Below are positions 1 through 11,920 of a DNA stretch of 44,447 bases, piece by piece; position 1 is the stretch's first letter, and every line of letters starts with the position of its first letter. The stretch comes from Octopus bimaculoides. Its lineage: Eukaryota. The notes beneath the pieces are model-generated. The model did not search any database, was not told the DNA's origin, and saw only the letters and a program-made list of their open reading frames with translations. The stretch covers positions 104,788,264-104,832,710 of the forward strand of contig NC_068984.1 in NCBI RefSeq assembly GCF_001194135.2, given 5' to 3'. The position numbers and the translations under genes were made by a program.

Positions 1-52
<52 letters not shown>
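1..52. repeat. (AT)n microsatellite
   Basis: Pure AT dinucleotide run at the window start. Confidence 0.95.
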
Positions 53-55
<3 letters not shown>

Positions 56-161
56 CCTTAGCATTGAATCAAGCAGTATCTTGTGAGTTGGTAGGCTTAA
101 ATTGTGTATAAGCTCACTACAAATACACATATATATGCACATGTGTGCATATATGTATATT

Positions 162-710
162 GGCAGAAGCATGGCTATGTGGTTAAGAAGTTTGCTCCTC
201 AACCATGTGGTCTTGGGTTCATTTCAACTGTACAACATCTTGGATAATTGCCTTCTACTGTATTCCTAGGATGACCAAAGTCTCATTAGGTTTAGTAGAC
301 AGAAACTGAAAGAAGCCGGTGCTATCGAACGCCGACGAAGGGAAATAACCCTGAAATCCGGATCCGTTCGTGCTACAGATCATGGTGAGAGGGATAACTT
401 CCCTTGGCAAACAGGACACAGTAGTGTGTCGATAAGCCAGCTGGAGGAGATGTCCTCCTGGGGCTAAAAGCAACAGTAACATCCACCCCTAGGGGTCAGC
501 CACACTTAAGTGGCAATATACTACACTATATATATATATATATATATCTGTTTATGCATGTGTGTGTGTGTGTGTGTCTTGACATCATGTGATGATAGTA
601 AATGAACATTACCATTATACAGACAATGTTGTTCAATTCCAGTTTTCTATGAATAACATGTATGAGGAAATATTACCTTACTTGGAAACAGGTTAAGGTT
701 GGCTACAGAA
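162..710 (+). mobile_element. Degenerate tRNA-derived SINE interrupted by a structured insert at ~317-520
   Basis: The head 'gcatggctatgtggttaagaagtttgct...aaccatgtgg' and body '...gtagacagaaactgaaagaagcc' match the better-preserved copies at 9296-9681, 10158-10603 and 41430-41830. SINE-type sequence resumes after the (TA)/(TG) tract. Confidence 0.75.
326..370 (+). ncRNA. Minimal type I hammerhead ribozyme-like motif (U4C variant)
   Basis: CGAACG (stem I) - CCGACGA (core; canonical CUGANGA) - AGGG aaataa CCCT (stem II) - GAAA - palindromic ATCCGGAT (stem III) - AUC cleavage triplet - CGTTCG (perfect complement of stem I). Confidence 0.8.
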
Positions 711-2040
711 AAGACGGAGAAACAGATAAACATAAAAGTAAATGTATTACACACATACACATATAGGATTTCAAAATATATACATCCTAGTTGTTATAGC
801 TGTTATTGTTGTATAGTTTGTATCATGTTGCTCACACAGTACCAGACAAAAACCAGCCAACTTTGATAATCATGTATGTCTTAAATGTTTCATATTAGAT
901 GCATCATATTATGTCTTAGGTGCATCATATTATGTCCCAGTGTTAATAGCATTCCAAAATATTGTTGACTTAATTAACAAATGCTTTGTAATACTCAGTT
1001 TTCACATTATTTTTGTTGTCATCAACATCACAGCCACCACTATCTCCCACCCCACCCCATCAGCAACCTTTACTATCCCATCGCCAAAAACAACTACTCC
1101 AACCAACATTCCACACCAACCACTACTACCCCTTCACAAACACACACACACACACTATCAATGATTTTTGAAGCTCTCACAGTATCTATTCTAGTCTCAT
1201 TAGATCAACATGGCTCCTTTTGTTAGAAATATTTCTTCAAACTGTCTATATTGAAAGGAATATCTAATCTTTTGCAAACAACACTGAACCACTTCTCAGC
1301 TCTGCATGTTTTCTCTATTGTAATAACTTGCCAGGATATCAATAATTATTGATTTGTTATGAAGGCAAAAAGCCTTAGACTAGCAAACAAGGGGAGAAGG
1401 AATTATGTCAATTAATTAATATGATCATGCTTAGAGCAGAGTACTAATTTACAATTAGCTAGACTGGACAAGTTGGAAGTTAAGCGTCTTGACCATGGAT
1501 GCAATATAATAGCACTGATGCAATACAAATTATCAATTCTCTGGCCAATATCTTTCTGATTCAACCAACTGTGACTTTCAGTGTACTCTAGCATGAAATA
1601 AGATTAAAAAGAACAAAGAAAATATGATAAGAAATAGCAAAAACCTCTAATAGTAAAAAGAGTGTTTAGCAATAGGCTAATGGTTGTCCATTAATGAAAA
1701 CTCATTGATATGATTGCTTGCTTGTTATTTTGATACAAAATGTTCATTAACATAAATCCCATTTGTAAGGTATCATTAATATTTCTGTCATGCCCTGTTA
1801 AGCACATGGCTAATTAGATATTTATTCATAAGTGATGTAGAATGCAAACATATTTGCCATTACATAGACCCAATAAAAATGTTACAGCAAGGTTATAGCA
1901 TAGACTACAGCATAGATATTTCTAACCACTGTGTTGGTGTACGCTTGTGTACAGCATCCACAAATGTGTTGTGAATTTTTGAGGTGAGTTTCAAGCGATC
2001 AGAATATTTCGAAGATGTTAGTATTTTTTATACCCCACAC

Positions 2041-2220
2041 CAGTATGTCTGAGCTTTTATGCACTGTATCAATGATTCAGGGATTTTTATGCACCATACC
2101 AATGCCTCAGTACCTTTATGTACTACAACAGTGGCTTCAGGCATTTTTATGTACCACAGCAATGCCTCAGTGATCTTATGCACTACATCTGTGCTTTGGG
2201 GATTTTTATGCACCACAATA
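2041..2220. repeat. Degenerate ~30-bp minisatellite with 60-bp higher-order period
   Basis: 'tt(t)atg(c/t)ac' recurs with its atg at 2059, 2089, 2118, 2149, 2178, 2208. 'aatgcctcagt' is identical at 2101 and 2161. Confidence 0.85.
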
Positions 2221-3459
2221 GTGTTTTTAATGCAGTGTTTTTCTTGCATCATACTAGTGTGGATTTCATTATGGCAAATGATATACATATGCCCGTCTCT
2301 ATTTTAAAAGAATTTAAATGCTAATTCCTTTACACACATACACTAAATGATTTAAAAACATGATAATGGTGTCCTGTAACACTTTTAGCATTCTAACTAC
2401 TATCTCATAGATCTAAAAAAGGGGGTGAAATTGTTTCTATAGTAAATGAAAAATTAATTGAATGTTTGGATTCGCCTTTTCAATATAACAAACATGAATT
2501 GTTTGTTAATACTAGATACTGAACTCTGTTCTTCAGAGAAATGAAAAAGCTGAACTGATGTGAACATAGAATATTAACATGCCATATTACTTACTATTAT
2601 TAATACAAATGTACCAATGAAGACTGAGTTGTTTTATTCAATGGTTCTCATTGTTTTGACAATGAATTTATTGTCTGTTTATTCTTTCCACGTCTTTTTA
2701 ACTGCATCTAAACGTTGTATGTATGATCTCCAAAGATCTATTTTAATTTCCAACTATACTCAGTTAGTGAAGTAGGGTGTATTTACCAATACTGACTCCT
2801 TTTCCTCATGGTTTCTAGTTTACATCATAAGTCTAGATAGGGATCAGCAGAGATCAACTGAATTATTTATTTTTAAGCTATTTTAAGCAAATATAGGGCT
2901 ATCCTCTGGAAAATGAAGAAGACATGGTTAATGGGAGATATTAATTATTTCATCAGAATAATCTACCATATAGCTTGTAATGTCTTCAATTTAGATTGGT
3001 AATCAACCATTAAGACAGCTTCCAATGTTTATCTCTTTTACATTAAGTTTAATTGAAATTTATTATTTTGTCAGTGCTTGCAAAGAGGCCATCTGTCTTG
3101 TGTATTGGTCATGGAAATCAAGAGATAGAGATAGTTACATAAATGATAAGCTGTTTGTTTCACTATAACTGGCAGTTGTGTTAAATGGTTGAATGACTTT
3201 GCTTGTTTATTATTCTCTTTAAAAAAATGTTAATTTGTCAAAGAGTCAAATTCTTATTTAAAGATTTTTAGAAGTTTTCTTGGAACTATTTTAAGATTCT
3301 ATCCCACCTTTTAAAACATTTTTTTTTTCATTTTGTGAACTAGTCATCACCTAAATAAACTTTCTGTGTGTCTCCTCCCCCATCTCTCACTCTCTTTACA
3401 CACATGTAAACATGCATATATCTATATACATAGATTGCTTGATTGATAGATGATAGATG

Positions 3460-3476
3460 GATGGATAGATAGTGAA

Positions 3477-3510
<34 letters not shown>
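3460..3510. repeat. (GAT)/(GATA)-like tract followed by (CA)n microsatellite
   Basis: Direct reading. Confidence 0.85.
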
Positions 3511-3514
<4 letters not shown>

Positions 3515-3756
3515 CACATACATCTAAGATGCTGGCTGAAATATCTCTTAATATTTAATATCAACACACAGACACACACACACAAAGGGGAAGTACACCA
3601 ATGTTGTATTGCGACTCTTTTTCTTGAATAATACGAATGAGATGTATAAAGTAAAATAAAACAATTATCTTATATATATATATATATATATACAAATATA
3701 TACAAATGTATAAATAGATAATGAGTAAAGCACCAGCTATATATATATATATATAT

Positions 3757-4230
3757 ATCATCATCATCTAGTGTTTTAAATCAGGTTTTGTCCTTGTTAA
3801 CAGTGGTGGCTGGATTTACCTCACTGCAATAGCAATCTCCCCCCCACACAATCTTGCCATCTTGGCCTGTTTTAGGCGTCCTCACTTCTCAAGCCAACCC
3901 TCTCAATCTTCTCTTCCACCTGTTCCCTCCATATTTTTCTCAGTCTACTTCACTTTCTTGGTCCATTTACCTCAAACTCAAGCACCCCTCTCAGAACATG
4001 CTCCTCATCCCTCCTCAATAGATGCGCATACCACCACACTCCCATTCATTCTTGCCAGCCATTCCATCAATTCCTCTAACCCCAGCATCTTCATCAAGCT
4101 TCACTCCACACTTTTCTCTCACCATTGCTCTCTCAATCCTTCTCAAAATTGCCATCTCTCCCTCAGACACCATGTCTCACACCCATGCAGCATTGCAGCT
4201 CTCATGTAACCTCTATAAACCCTTCCTTTA
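3757..4230 (-). mobile_element. 5'-truncated RTE-clade LINE 3' end (decayed ORF2 C-terminus plus GAT tail)
   Basis: The minus strand reads, across frameshifts, ...GRVYRGYMRAAMLHGCETW..RE MAILRRIERAMVR..CGVKL...WYAHLLRRDEEHVLR.VLEFEVNGPRK*SRLRKIWREQVEE..., typical of RTE ORF2 ends, and ends in a (GAT)n tail at 3757-3769. Confidence 0.8.
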
Positions 4231-4237
4231 ATTTTCA

Positions 4238-4274
4238 ATGAATATATATATATACATATATGTATGTATGTATG

Positions 4275-4305
<31 letters not shown>

Positions 4306-4338
4306 ATTATCTATTTATACATTTTGTACAATTTTACC

Positions 4339-4384
<46 letters not shown>

Positions 4385-4490
4385 TACATATATATATGTA
4401 TGTATCTATATATATTTATGAGTGTGTATGTATATATGAGTATATATGTATGTGTATATATGCATGTCTGAGTGTGTGTAAGTATGTATG
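4238..4490. repeat. Compound (TA)n/(TATG)n microsatellite
   Basis: Direct reading. It explains the IYIY/CMYV ORFs. Confidence 0.9.
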
Positions 4491-4697
4491 TTTGTGTCTC
4501 CCTATCTTAATATCATGTGATAGTTGTAAATGATTATCACTATCATATTATCTGGCTTGGAAATGGGTGGGGGTTAACGACAGGAAGGGCATCTGATCGT
4601 AGAAAATCTACCTCAATAAACTCCATCTGATCGATACAAGCATGGAAAAGTGGACATTATGATGCTGCTGCTGCTGATGATGATGATGATAATGATG
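4490..4697 (+). mobile_element. SINE/RTE-tail fragment ending in (GAT)n
   Basis: 'ggaagggcatctgatcgtagaaaat...agcatggaaaagtggacattatgatg' is the same 3' module as 22010-22154 and the reverse complement of 15284-15430. Confidence 0.75.
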
Positions 4698-5095
4698 AAA
4701 CTGACTTGTAGACTTAGTACACTAAGCAAGAATGGAGATAAAAAAATAGGCAAGGGAAAATAATTTAAAAAAGTGATAGTGACAAGATATTTCCTCTTAA
4801 TAATATACATAGTAGCATCCACTGAAGATTGCTCAACTGATGTGAAAATAATAGTATTGCAAAATTGATGCATACAAATAGCATTGATTTGTAAAAGCAA
4901 TATGGCTGGCTGTTTGGTATGAAAAACAATAAAACAATTTTCTAAAACTGACATGAGCAAAATGAAATAATTTCCTGAAGTACAAGAAAAGAGAAAGCAA
5001 AATTTATATAAAGTCATCTTTTTTTTCACCCAAACTGCTAAGAATTTTACTGATGATTTACAAATCCACATGTTGAAACATATGTAGAAACTTAC

Positions 5096-5173
5096 ATAAC
5101 ACCTTCCTATATTAGGATAAATTGTGAAGTTTAGATAATATCCGGTACAAAAATATCTGCAAATATTTATCTC
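5096..5173 (-). CDS. Candidate host exon (EINICRYFCTGYYLNFTIYPNIGRCY), unassigned
   Basis: Minus-strand acceptor ...catctgttttag| and donor |gtaagt flank 78 nt that are open in phase 0. An alternative acceptor at 5157-5158 gives 61 nt. No domain recognised. Confidence 0.35.
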
Positions 5174-6189
5174 CTAAAACAGATGTTAACATTCTTGACC
5201 TCTCCAAAGGAAATTTTTAGAATTCTGCCTCAGGGATGTCAGAGTTGATAATGTCTGAAAACCATTCTGGTATTTTGGCATAATGTTTTATTTTTCTGAT
5301 GACTGCAGTATTATACAAAATACAAAAGTGAAAAATATTCATTAAAACTAATAAAAGGAAATAGCTATTTGCATGTTTAAATTTTGACATAAGCAAGTAA
5401 TTCTTTTTATTGTAGATTGGTATCATTTTGAGGGAATTACTGTAAAGTCTGTATAGCAAAGATATTTCATGATTATCTACATCATTTAATGTGCATGACT
5501 TTAGCAAGCAGTGATAATTCAAACAAGAAAAAAATTTGTATATTCTTTACCATTTTACATTTTTCTAGTTCAGTTATGTTTAGGGCAGGTTTGATGAATA
5601 AAAGAACCAATTTTAGATAACTAGTTATTTACAAGATGTCATCCAAGAAATAGGTATCTCAAAGTAAACAGTGACACTCATTGATAATTAGAACAAAGAA
5701 AAACAAACTGTCAAAATACCTTATATGTAAATTCTAACTGAAATCAACATTTTATAGTGATCTTAATTAGACCTTATCAAGAACAAACCATAAAATAAAG
5801 AACCAGCAAAATGAATGTAATGAATATTTCATTAATTTATATATGGCCACAAACAATAGCCAAGTTCAAATAATCATATGTCACACTATTTATTTAACTA
5901 ATTAGATTATATATATTTGAAGTCATTTATGTCATTAATAAAGGTACAACAGCAAATATTACTTGAGATAAAACATTTGTTCTATTAGTGTGTGTATATG
6001 TGTGTGCATATGTACATATATATGTATTATGGGGTACAATCTAATATCTAATATCCAGGGTTTCATCATTCCTGAAGGAGGAACCTTCCCCCCACCGGAC
6101 TCCTTCCACTGCTGTCTGTCTCAGGCCAGTGTGGCCATTTAGGCATCAGGTAGCTAGTGAGATCATTTTGCCATCTTGTCTTTGTTTTT

Positions 6190-6425
6190 ATGTATGTATG
6201 TGCAAATGTGTAAGTATGTATGTCTTTGTGCTTGTGTTTGTCTCTCTCACAGCTTGTCAACTGGTGTGTTAGTTTGTTTACATCCCAGTAATTTAGCTGC
6301 TTGGTAAAAGAGGCCAATATAAGTGCCTGACTTAAAAAATAAGTCAGTAGGTCAATTTGTTTGACTAAACCCTTCAAGGTGTTGCCCCAGTATGGCTGCA
6401 GGGAAATGACTGAAAGAAGTAAGAG
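6190..6425 (+). mobile_element. SINE 3' half
   Basis: 'tgtgtttgtctctc...gcttgtcaactggtg...gtgttgccccagtatggctgcag..aatgactgaaagaagtaag' matches the SINE tail consensus in this window. Confidence 0.75.
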
Positions 6426-8179
6426 GCAAACAAGGAAAGGTATATATTGAGATCACAATATGTATACTTTAGTGCCATTAGAGGCTACTTTGAAATCTAA
6501 TCACATGTCTATGTTTCAATAGAAAAACACATGAATTTGATATCTTATTTTTACTTTATTGAGCATTATTTTTCTAACATTCCTCAATAAAATAGAAATA
6601 ACATTTTACAATTATAATACCATAACCCTATCACCCACATAAAAAAGAATTTGAAAGTATTGAAAACTAATGAAAATTTAAAAAAAAATATTTTATTTTA
6701 ATCAGAGACTTTTAAAATTATAATTACAACATTAACACCTTCTTTACATAAATATTTACAATGAATTTTGTAATGTCTTTTGATATGGAAATTCTCAAAG
6801 CAATGAGTGATGTAGAGTTCAGACTACTTGACACAGTGTCCAATGCTGATAAAATAAAAGACAGAATATTGAAGAAGACTCTGGGAAAGGCAAATTTTTT
6901 AAAAGCAACTGGCTAATAATAAAAGATGCCATTGGAGATGGAGGAAGTAAAGTTTGAAAAGTGTTAATCAATGAAATTAAAGTATTAAGTATATTGAAAT
7001 TTACAAATGAAATATTAATTTTTTTTTGTCTGTAAGAATACCAATAAACCAGCTCTGGTGTCAGATGATAACAAAGACAGCTGTCTGTTTTCAGTTTTCT
7101 TGCAACAGCCAGTAGTAAATTAAAGAAAAAAGCATGAAAGCTTAGCAGTATCTTCAGAGTTAAGTAATTATTGCTTCATGTTAGACAATATAAAATAAAC
7201 AGATTTTTTTTATTAACATTCTCAGAACATATTCTGAAAAATCTGTAAAACTGACTTTTCACAGAAAAAAAATGTGAAAGAAGAAAGAGATGTTTCTTAT
7301 AGAATTCTATATTACAGTATAATTTTGTTTATTCAGAAATAAAAATCTTTACGAGACTTCTACATCTAAATTGCAAAAATTTCTAATCTAAAATGGATTC
7401 TAAGGCTGAATTAATAACAGAGTAAAAATATTAAAATAATTAAAATATAAAAATATCAAAAATAAAAATATGAAAATATTTCAAAAAATTTAGTTCAAAA
7501 TATCTAATATTTTTTTAAAAAGTTATTCAAAATAACACAACTGAATTAAAGAAAAAGAAAATATTGTGGTTCTGCAAGATGCCAAGTAACACACCACTAT
7601 GAAATGAATCTAAGCTTTTACACAGTATAATTTCAGGAATTCATTGATTAGAATTGTAATTACCATTTATTGAAAAGAGAATAACTGCAAAAATTACACA
7701 ATGCATGTGTAATACCACTTTACACAAATAATCTTGTTTTTTAAAAACTGCAATATTTTGAGGCACTTCAACCATTTTTGTAAAGTTATAAATACCATAA
7801 TCTTTTTTTTATGAGATGTTCACTGTTGACTACGCCTCAACCCATATTCACCATTCATTGCATTCACCTCTATCCTTATCTTTAACCATATTTCACACTC
7901 TCACTAACCTCTCCACCCAACCATACTCAATTTTCTGTCTCTATTCTTTCTTTATCCACCTTCTAGTACTTTGAGGGTATGCTCTGATACCTCATCTCTA
8001 CTATCCTGTCTTGCTTTCCTTCTTAGGTAGCCATATATATCCTCTATAGCAAGTTGTCTGTTTCTCAATCTAACATATTTTAACCTCTCAACACCTGACT
8101 TAAAGCCACATTTCTCAATATGGCAGCTCCACTCTGTCAAGGGGTCTTGTTTTAGGAGTTACTTGATGACCTTAGTAGT

Positions 8180-8470
8180 GTCAGTCCCACGACAAAAGCA
8201 CCCAGTGCACTCTGTAAAGTGGCTGGCATTAGGAAGAGCATCCAGCAATAGAAGCAGACATGGGAGCCCAACATAATCCTTTGGCTTGTCATCTCTTGTT
8301 GAATCATCTACTATATTCCAACATAGAATATGGACATAAATGATGTAGATGATAATGATGGCAATGTTGATGATGACGATGATGATAATGATGTAACGTT
8401 ATTATCATTAACAGGGTGGTGCCCCAGCATGGCCTCAGTCTAATGACTGAAACAAGTAAAAGATAAAAGA
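8180..8470 (+). mobile_element. RTE-type tail with (GAT)n followed by SINE terminal fragment
   Basis: 'aaaagcacccagt.cactctgtaaagtgg.tggcattaggaagagcatccagc' plus a GAT tract, then 'gtggtgccccagcatggcctcagtctaatgactgaaacaagtaaaag'. Confidence 0.7.
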
Positions 8471-9295
8471 TAATAAGCAAAGTATAAAATAGCAAAACAG
8501 TGGACTAGATTGTATTTTACTCAATCTGTGAAGGAAACGCATTACCTGCAACTCTTTTACACACTTCACGACCATGGGAATGATTCTACTATGATCTCAG
8601 AATGACCTTGAAATACTAACATTGTTTAAATGTAGCAGATAACAGTTATCAAAAAAATACAGTGAGTGGGGAGTTCCATCGAAATACAGTGGTAAGGAAA
8701 CTGTTTAGTATGGAATTGAAAGAACAGTGAAAAATATTAGGACTGAAGGGAGCAACAGGTGGGGGTGGGGAGAAATGTTTTTTTACAATTCATAAGTTCA
8801 TAAAACCTTAGCTATTTGACTATATAGTATCAAAGGCATTATATATTTAAATTCACTTATTTTTCTAAATTAAGGCTATTTGAGTATATAATGTGAAAAA
8901 CTCTATATACTCAATTATGTTTATTTTCCTATATTACAACATTTTCACGGCAAATATAACTTAATGCTGAATATGAAGCTAGTCAACATATATTTACCAG
9001 CACCACAACAAAAGCATCATGTACTACCACATGCCAGAACTACTCAATGAATCCAACAACTTTTTGCATTCAATAAAACACTTAAATGATTTTTAATTAA
9101 TGTATATAAATTATAATTAGCACAAATACTTAGCAAAACATACTATAACCACTCATTAGAACAACAATTAATTTATACAAGGAAATTACAACCATAGGAT
9201 ATAAGCAAGGTATCTGACAAAATTATTAAAGGCACACTGTATTATAGTAGGCATACAACTAAATACATATCAGTCTGGAACATTGATAAAACTAT

Positions 9296-9681
9296 ACTCT
9301 TTTACTTGTTTCAGTCATTTGACTGCAGCCATGCTGGAGCACTACCTTTAGTCGAGCAAATCGACCCCAGGACTTATTCTTTGTAAGCCTAGTACTTATT
9401 CTATCGAACGCTTTTGCCGAACTGCTAACTTACAGGGATGTAAACACACCAGCATCGGTTGTGAAGTGATGTTGGGGGGACAAACACAGACACACACACA
9501 TATATATATACATATACACGACGGGCTTCTTTCAGTTTCTGTCTACCAAATCCACTCACAAGGCTTTGGTCGGCCTGAAGCTATAGTAGAAGACACCTGC
9601 CCAAGGTGCCATGCAGTGGGACTAAACCTGGAACCATGTGGTTGGTAAGTAAGCTACTTACCACACAGCCACTCCTGTGCC
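9296..9681 (-). mobile_element. Full-length tRNA-derived SINE
   Basis: Reverse complement of the copies at 10158-10603 and 41430-41830 along the whole length: head, central (TA/TG) tract, and 'cagtcaaatgactgaaacaagtaaaagag' tail. Confidence 0.92.
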
Positions 9682-10157
9682 TATGAATGAAAAATACTAA
9701 ACTTGAAATATCATTTTCAATACACTGGTTTCACAGTTCATAGTTGCAATCAATTCTGGCAAACATGGCCCTTGAAGCTGCTTTCTAGATACAACTTTTT
9801 AGAACAATATCCCTTGAATGTTGGTCTATATATCTTATAAAATCTATGTTGAATTATACTTCCATGTGGAGGGCTAACAAGACTAAAACATGTCACGCTC
9901 AGAGTTATTTCCCCCACATATTAAAAATCGAACTACATTACTATTTGTCTCCATCAATTTTTAATCAATTTATATTTCAAAGTTCTCTCTCTTGCCTTTC
10001 CTGAAAAAATTGTCATTATCTCTAATGACTTGTCTTTTCATTACAGATTTAATTTGTATTATTTAATGGGTTTTTTTTTTTTTGGCTCTCACTATGTTAT
10101 GTTGATCTGCATTATAACCCAATATATTTTTTCAGCTTGGTTCCATTTGTTAAGTGA

Positions 10158-10311
10158 AAGTGGTAAGTAGCTTGCTTACGAACTACATGGTTCCGAGTTC
10201 AGTCCCACTGCATGGCACATTGGGCAAGTGTCTTCTACAATAGACTTGGGCCGACCAAAGCCTTGTGAGTGGATTTGGTAGACAGAAACTGAAAGAAGCC
10301 CGTCGTATATA

Positions 10312-10376
<65 letters not shown>

Positions 10377-10603
10377 GTGTGTGTGTGTATATGTTTGTGT
10401 GTCTGTGTTTGTCCCCCCAACATCACTTCACAACCGATGGTGGTGTGTTTACGTCCCTGTAACCTAGCGGTTCGGTAAAACAGACCGATAGAATAAGTAC
10501 TAGGCTTACAAAGAATAAGTCCTGGGGTCGATTTGCTCGACTAAAGGTGGTGCTCCAGTATGGCCACAGTCAAATGACTGCAACAAGTAAAAGAGTAAAA
10601 AAG
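10158..10603 (+). mobile_element. Full-length tRNA-derived SINE
   Basis: A-box-like 'gtggtaagtagc', B-box-like 'gagttcagtccc', central microsatellite and AAGAGT-type tail. About 90% similar by eye to 9296-9681. Confidence 0.92.
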
Positions 10604-11855
10604 TATTAGTCTCTTAAAACTAAATAGTTGTAACAATATAAAAATTCTCCAATATGTTGTCATATTATTCTAAATAGCACTTGATCTTGACAAACACAAG
10701 ACACATATATAGGGAACATCAGTTGCCACACTAAGCTAAAATTCTTTGCTAAGAACTAACAATGACCATTCTCACTGAGTCCCAGGGTTACAATTTTGTG
10801 CCAATAGAAGACTGTTATCTTCCTCAAGGATTTGGCACCTTTTTTTCTTTCTGTGATGCAATATGCTGTACTGCAATCAGCATGGCAAACAACTGCATGG
10901 TGGACTGTACAGTATGGTGCATTAAATGGAGAAGTATGGCTTTGAAGAAAATTTAAGTCTAGTATATTTAAAATGTAAGACTAATCTGTTATTCTTAAAT
11001 GTTGCTGATTTCCCTCTATGGCTTTAATCTGTTACTGTTAAGCATTGCTGATCTCCATGCCATAAATTCCTTTGAGTAGATGTGATTGGTGTAACTCAAC
11101 AGCAACAATAACATCAATAACAAGATATTGAGAGAGCCTCTATGCAGTCACTCACACTGTTAAAAATTGCAGCAAAATTTTCCTTGAATTGCACTAAACT
11201 ATCATAGAAAATGAAGAACACATTAAATGTCACTGTCCGAGATATAATGAAAATATCGGGTGGTCATGGCTGGAATGACTGACTGTAGGTCTGATTGATT
11301 AGTACTGACCAGGGGTTAAATAACATTATGACTATTACAAGGTTTGAACATATAAGATTAAGATCAAAAGAGCAGTACTTAAACCACATAGTTATTGTAC
11401 AACATATAGACATATAATGTATTCAAGATATATAGAACAATTATACACTTCAACAATTTATTCTAATTCTTGATCAAATTATAGTTATTAATCATGAAAA
11501 TGAGTGAAGACTTATTAATTGCAGAATAAGTTAAAGGTATTAATTTGTCAATATAGAATTAAAATATATAATGGTAGGCAGACATTTAAAACTTTTATGA
11601 ACAAATAACAATGACTTTTGAAAAGCAATTATGAAAATAGACTTTTCGAATGTCAATAACAATGAAAGACGTATAAAATTTACTGAAATAAATAATTATT
11701 ATTCAACAACAAATCAATTTGAGGATCAAAAAAGGTCAACATTGATACATAGGTTTAATAAAGCCGAATGACTATGATAAAATTTCTAAAAAGTTATTTC
11801 AGAAACATGGAAAATATTTTCTGAAGAGAAGTATAAGGACTTATGGTTTATTTAC

Positions 11856-11920
11856 CTTAAGTAACTGAGATGCAACAATAGGAAATCCATTATGTGCAGC
11901 CAAATGTAATCCACAATAAC
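11856..11920 (-). CDS. Internal exon of an ankyrin-repeat protein gene: (G)YCGLHLAAHNGFPIVASQLLK
   Basis: Acceptor ...ttttaattatatttctag| and donor AAG|gtaaat flank 65 nt (phase 1 in, phase 0 out). The translation fits the ankyrin consensus G.T.LHLAA.NG...V...LL. Confidence 0.85.

Noticed and set aside
435-480. HDV-like ribozyme suggested by 'tgtcctcc...ggctaa'
   Set aside because: I could not assemble the nested double pseudoknot (P1/P1.1/P2/P3) by eye.
1412-1594. 60-aa minus ORF behind a plausible acceptor
   Set aside because: No good donor or recognisable motif; could be a decayed retroelement.
8545-8590. IIPMVVKCVKELQ, superficially RhoGAP-like, before a CAG|gtaatg donor (minus strand)
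   Set aside because: No acceptable acceptor in frame and an upstream in-frame stop; too short to support.
10158-10230. tRNA gene calls for SINE heads (also 23940, 26550, 41435)
   Set aside because: A/B-box-like motifs continue into SINE bodies, with no complete cloverleaf or Pol III terminator.
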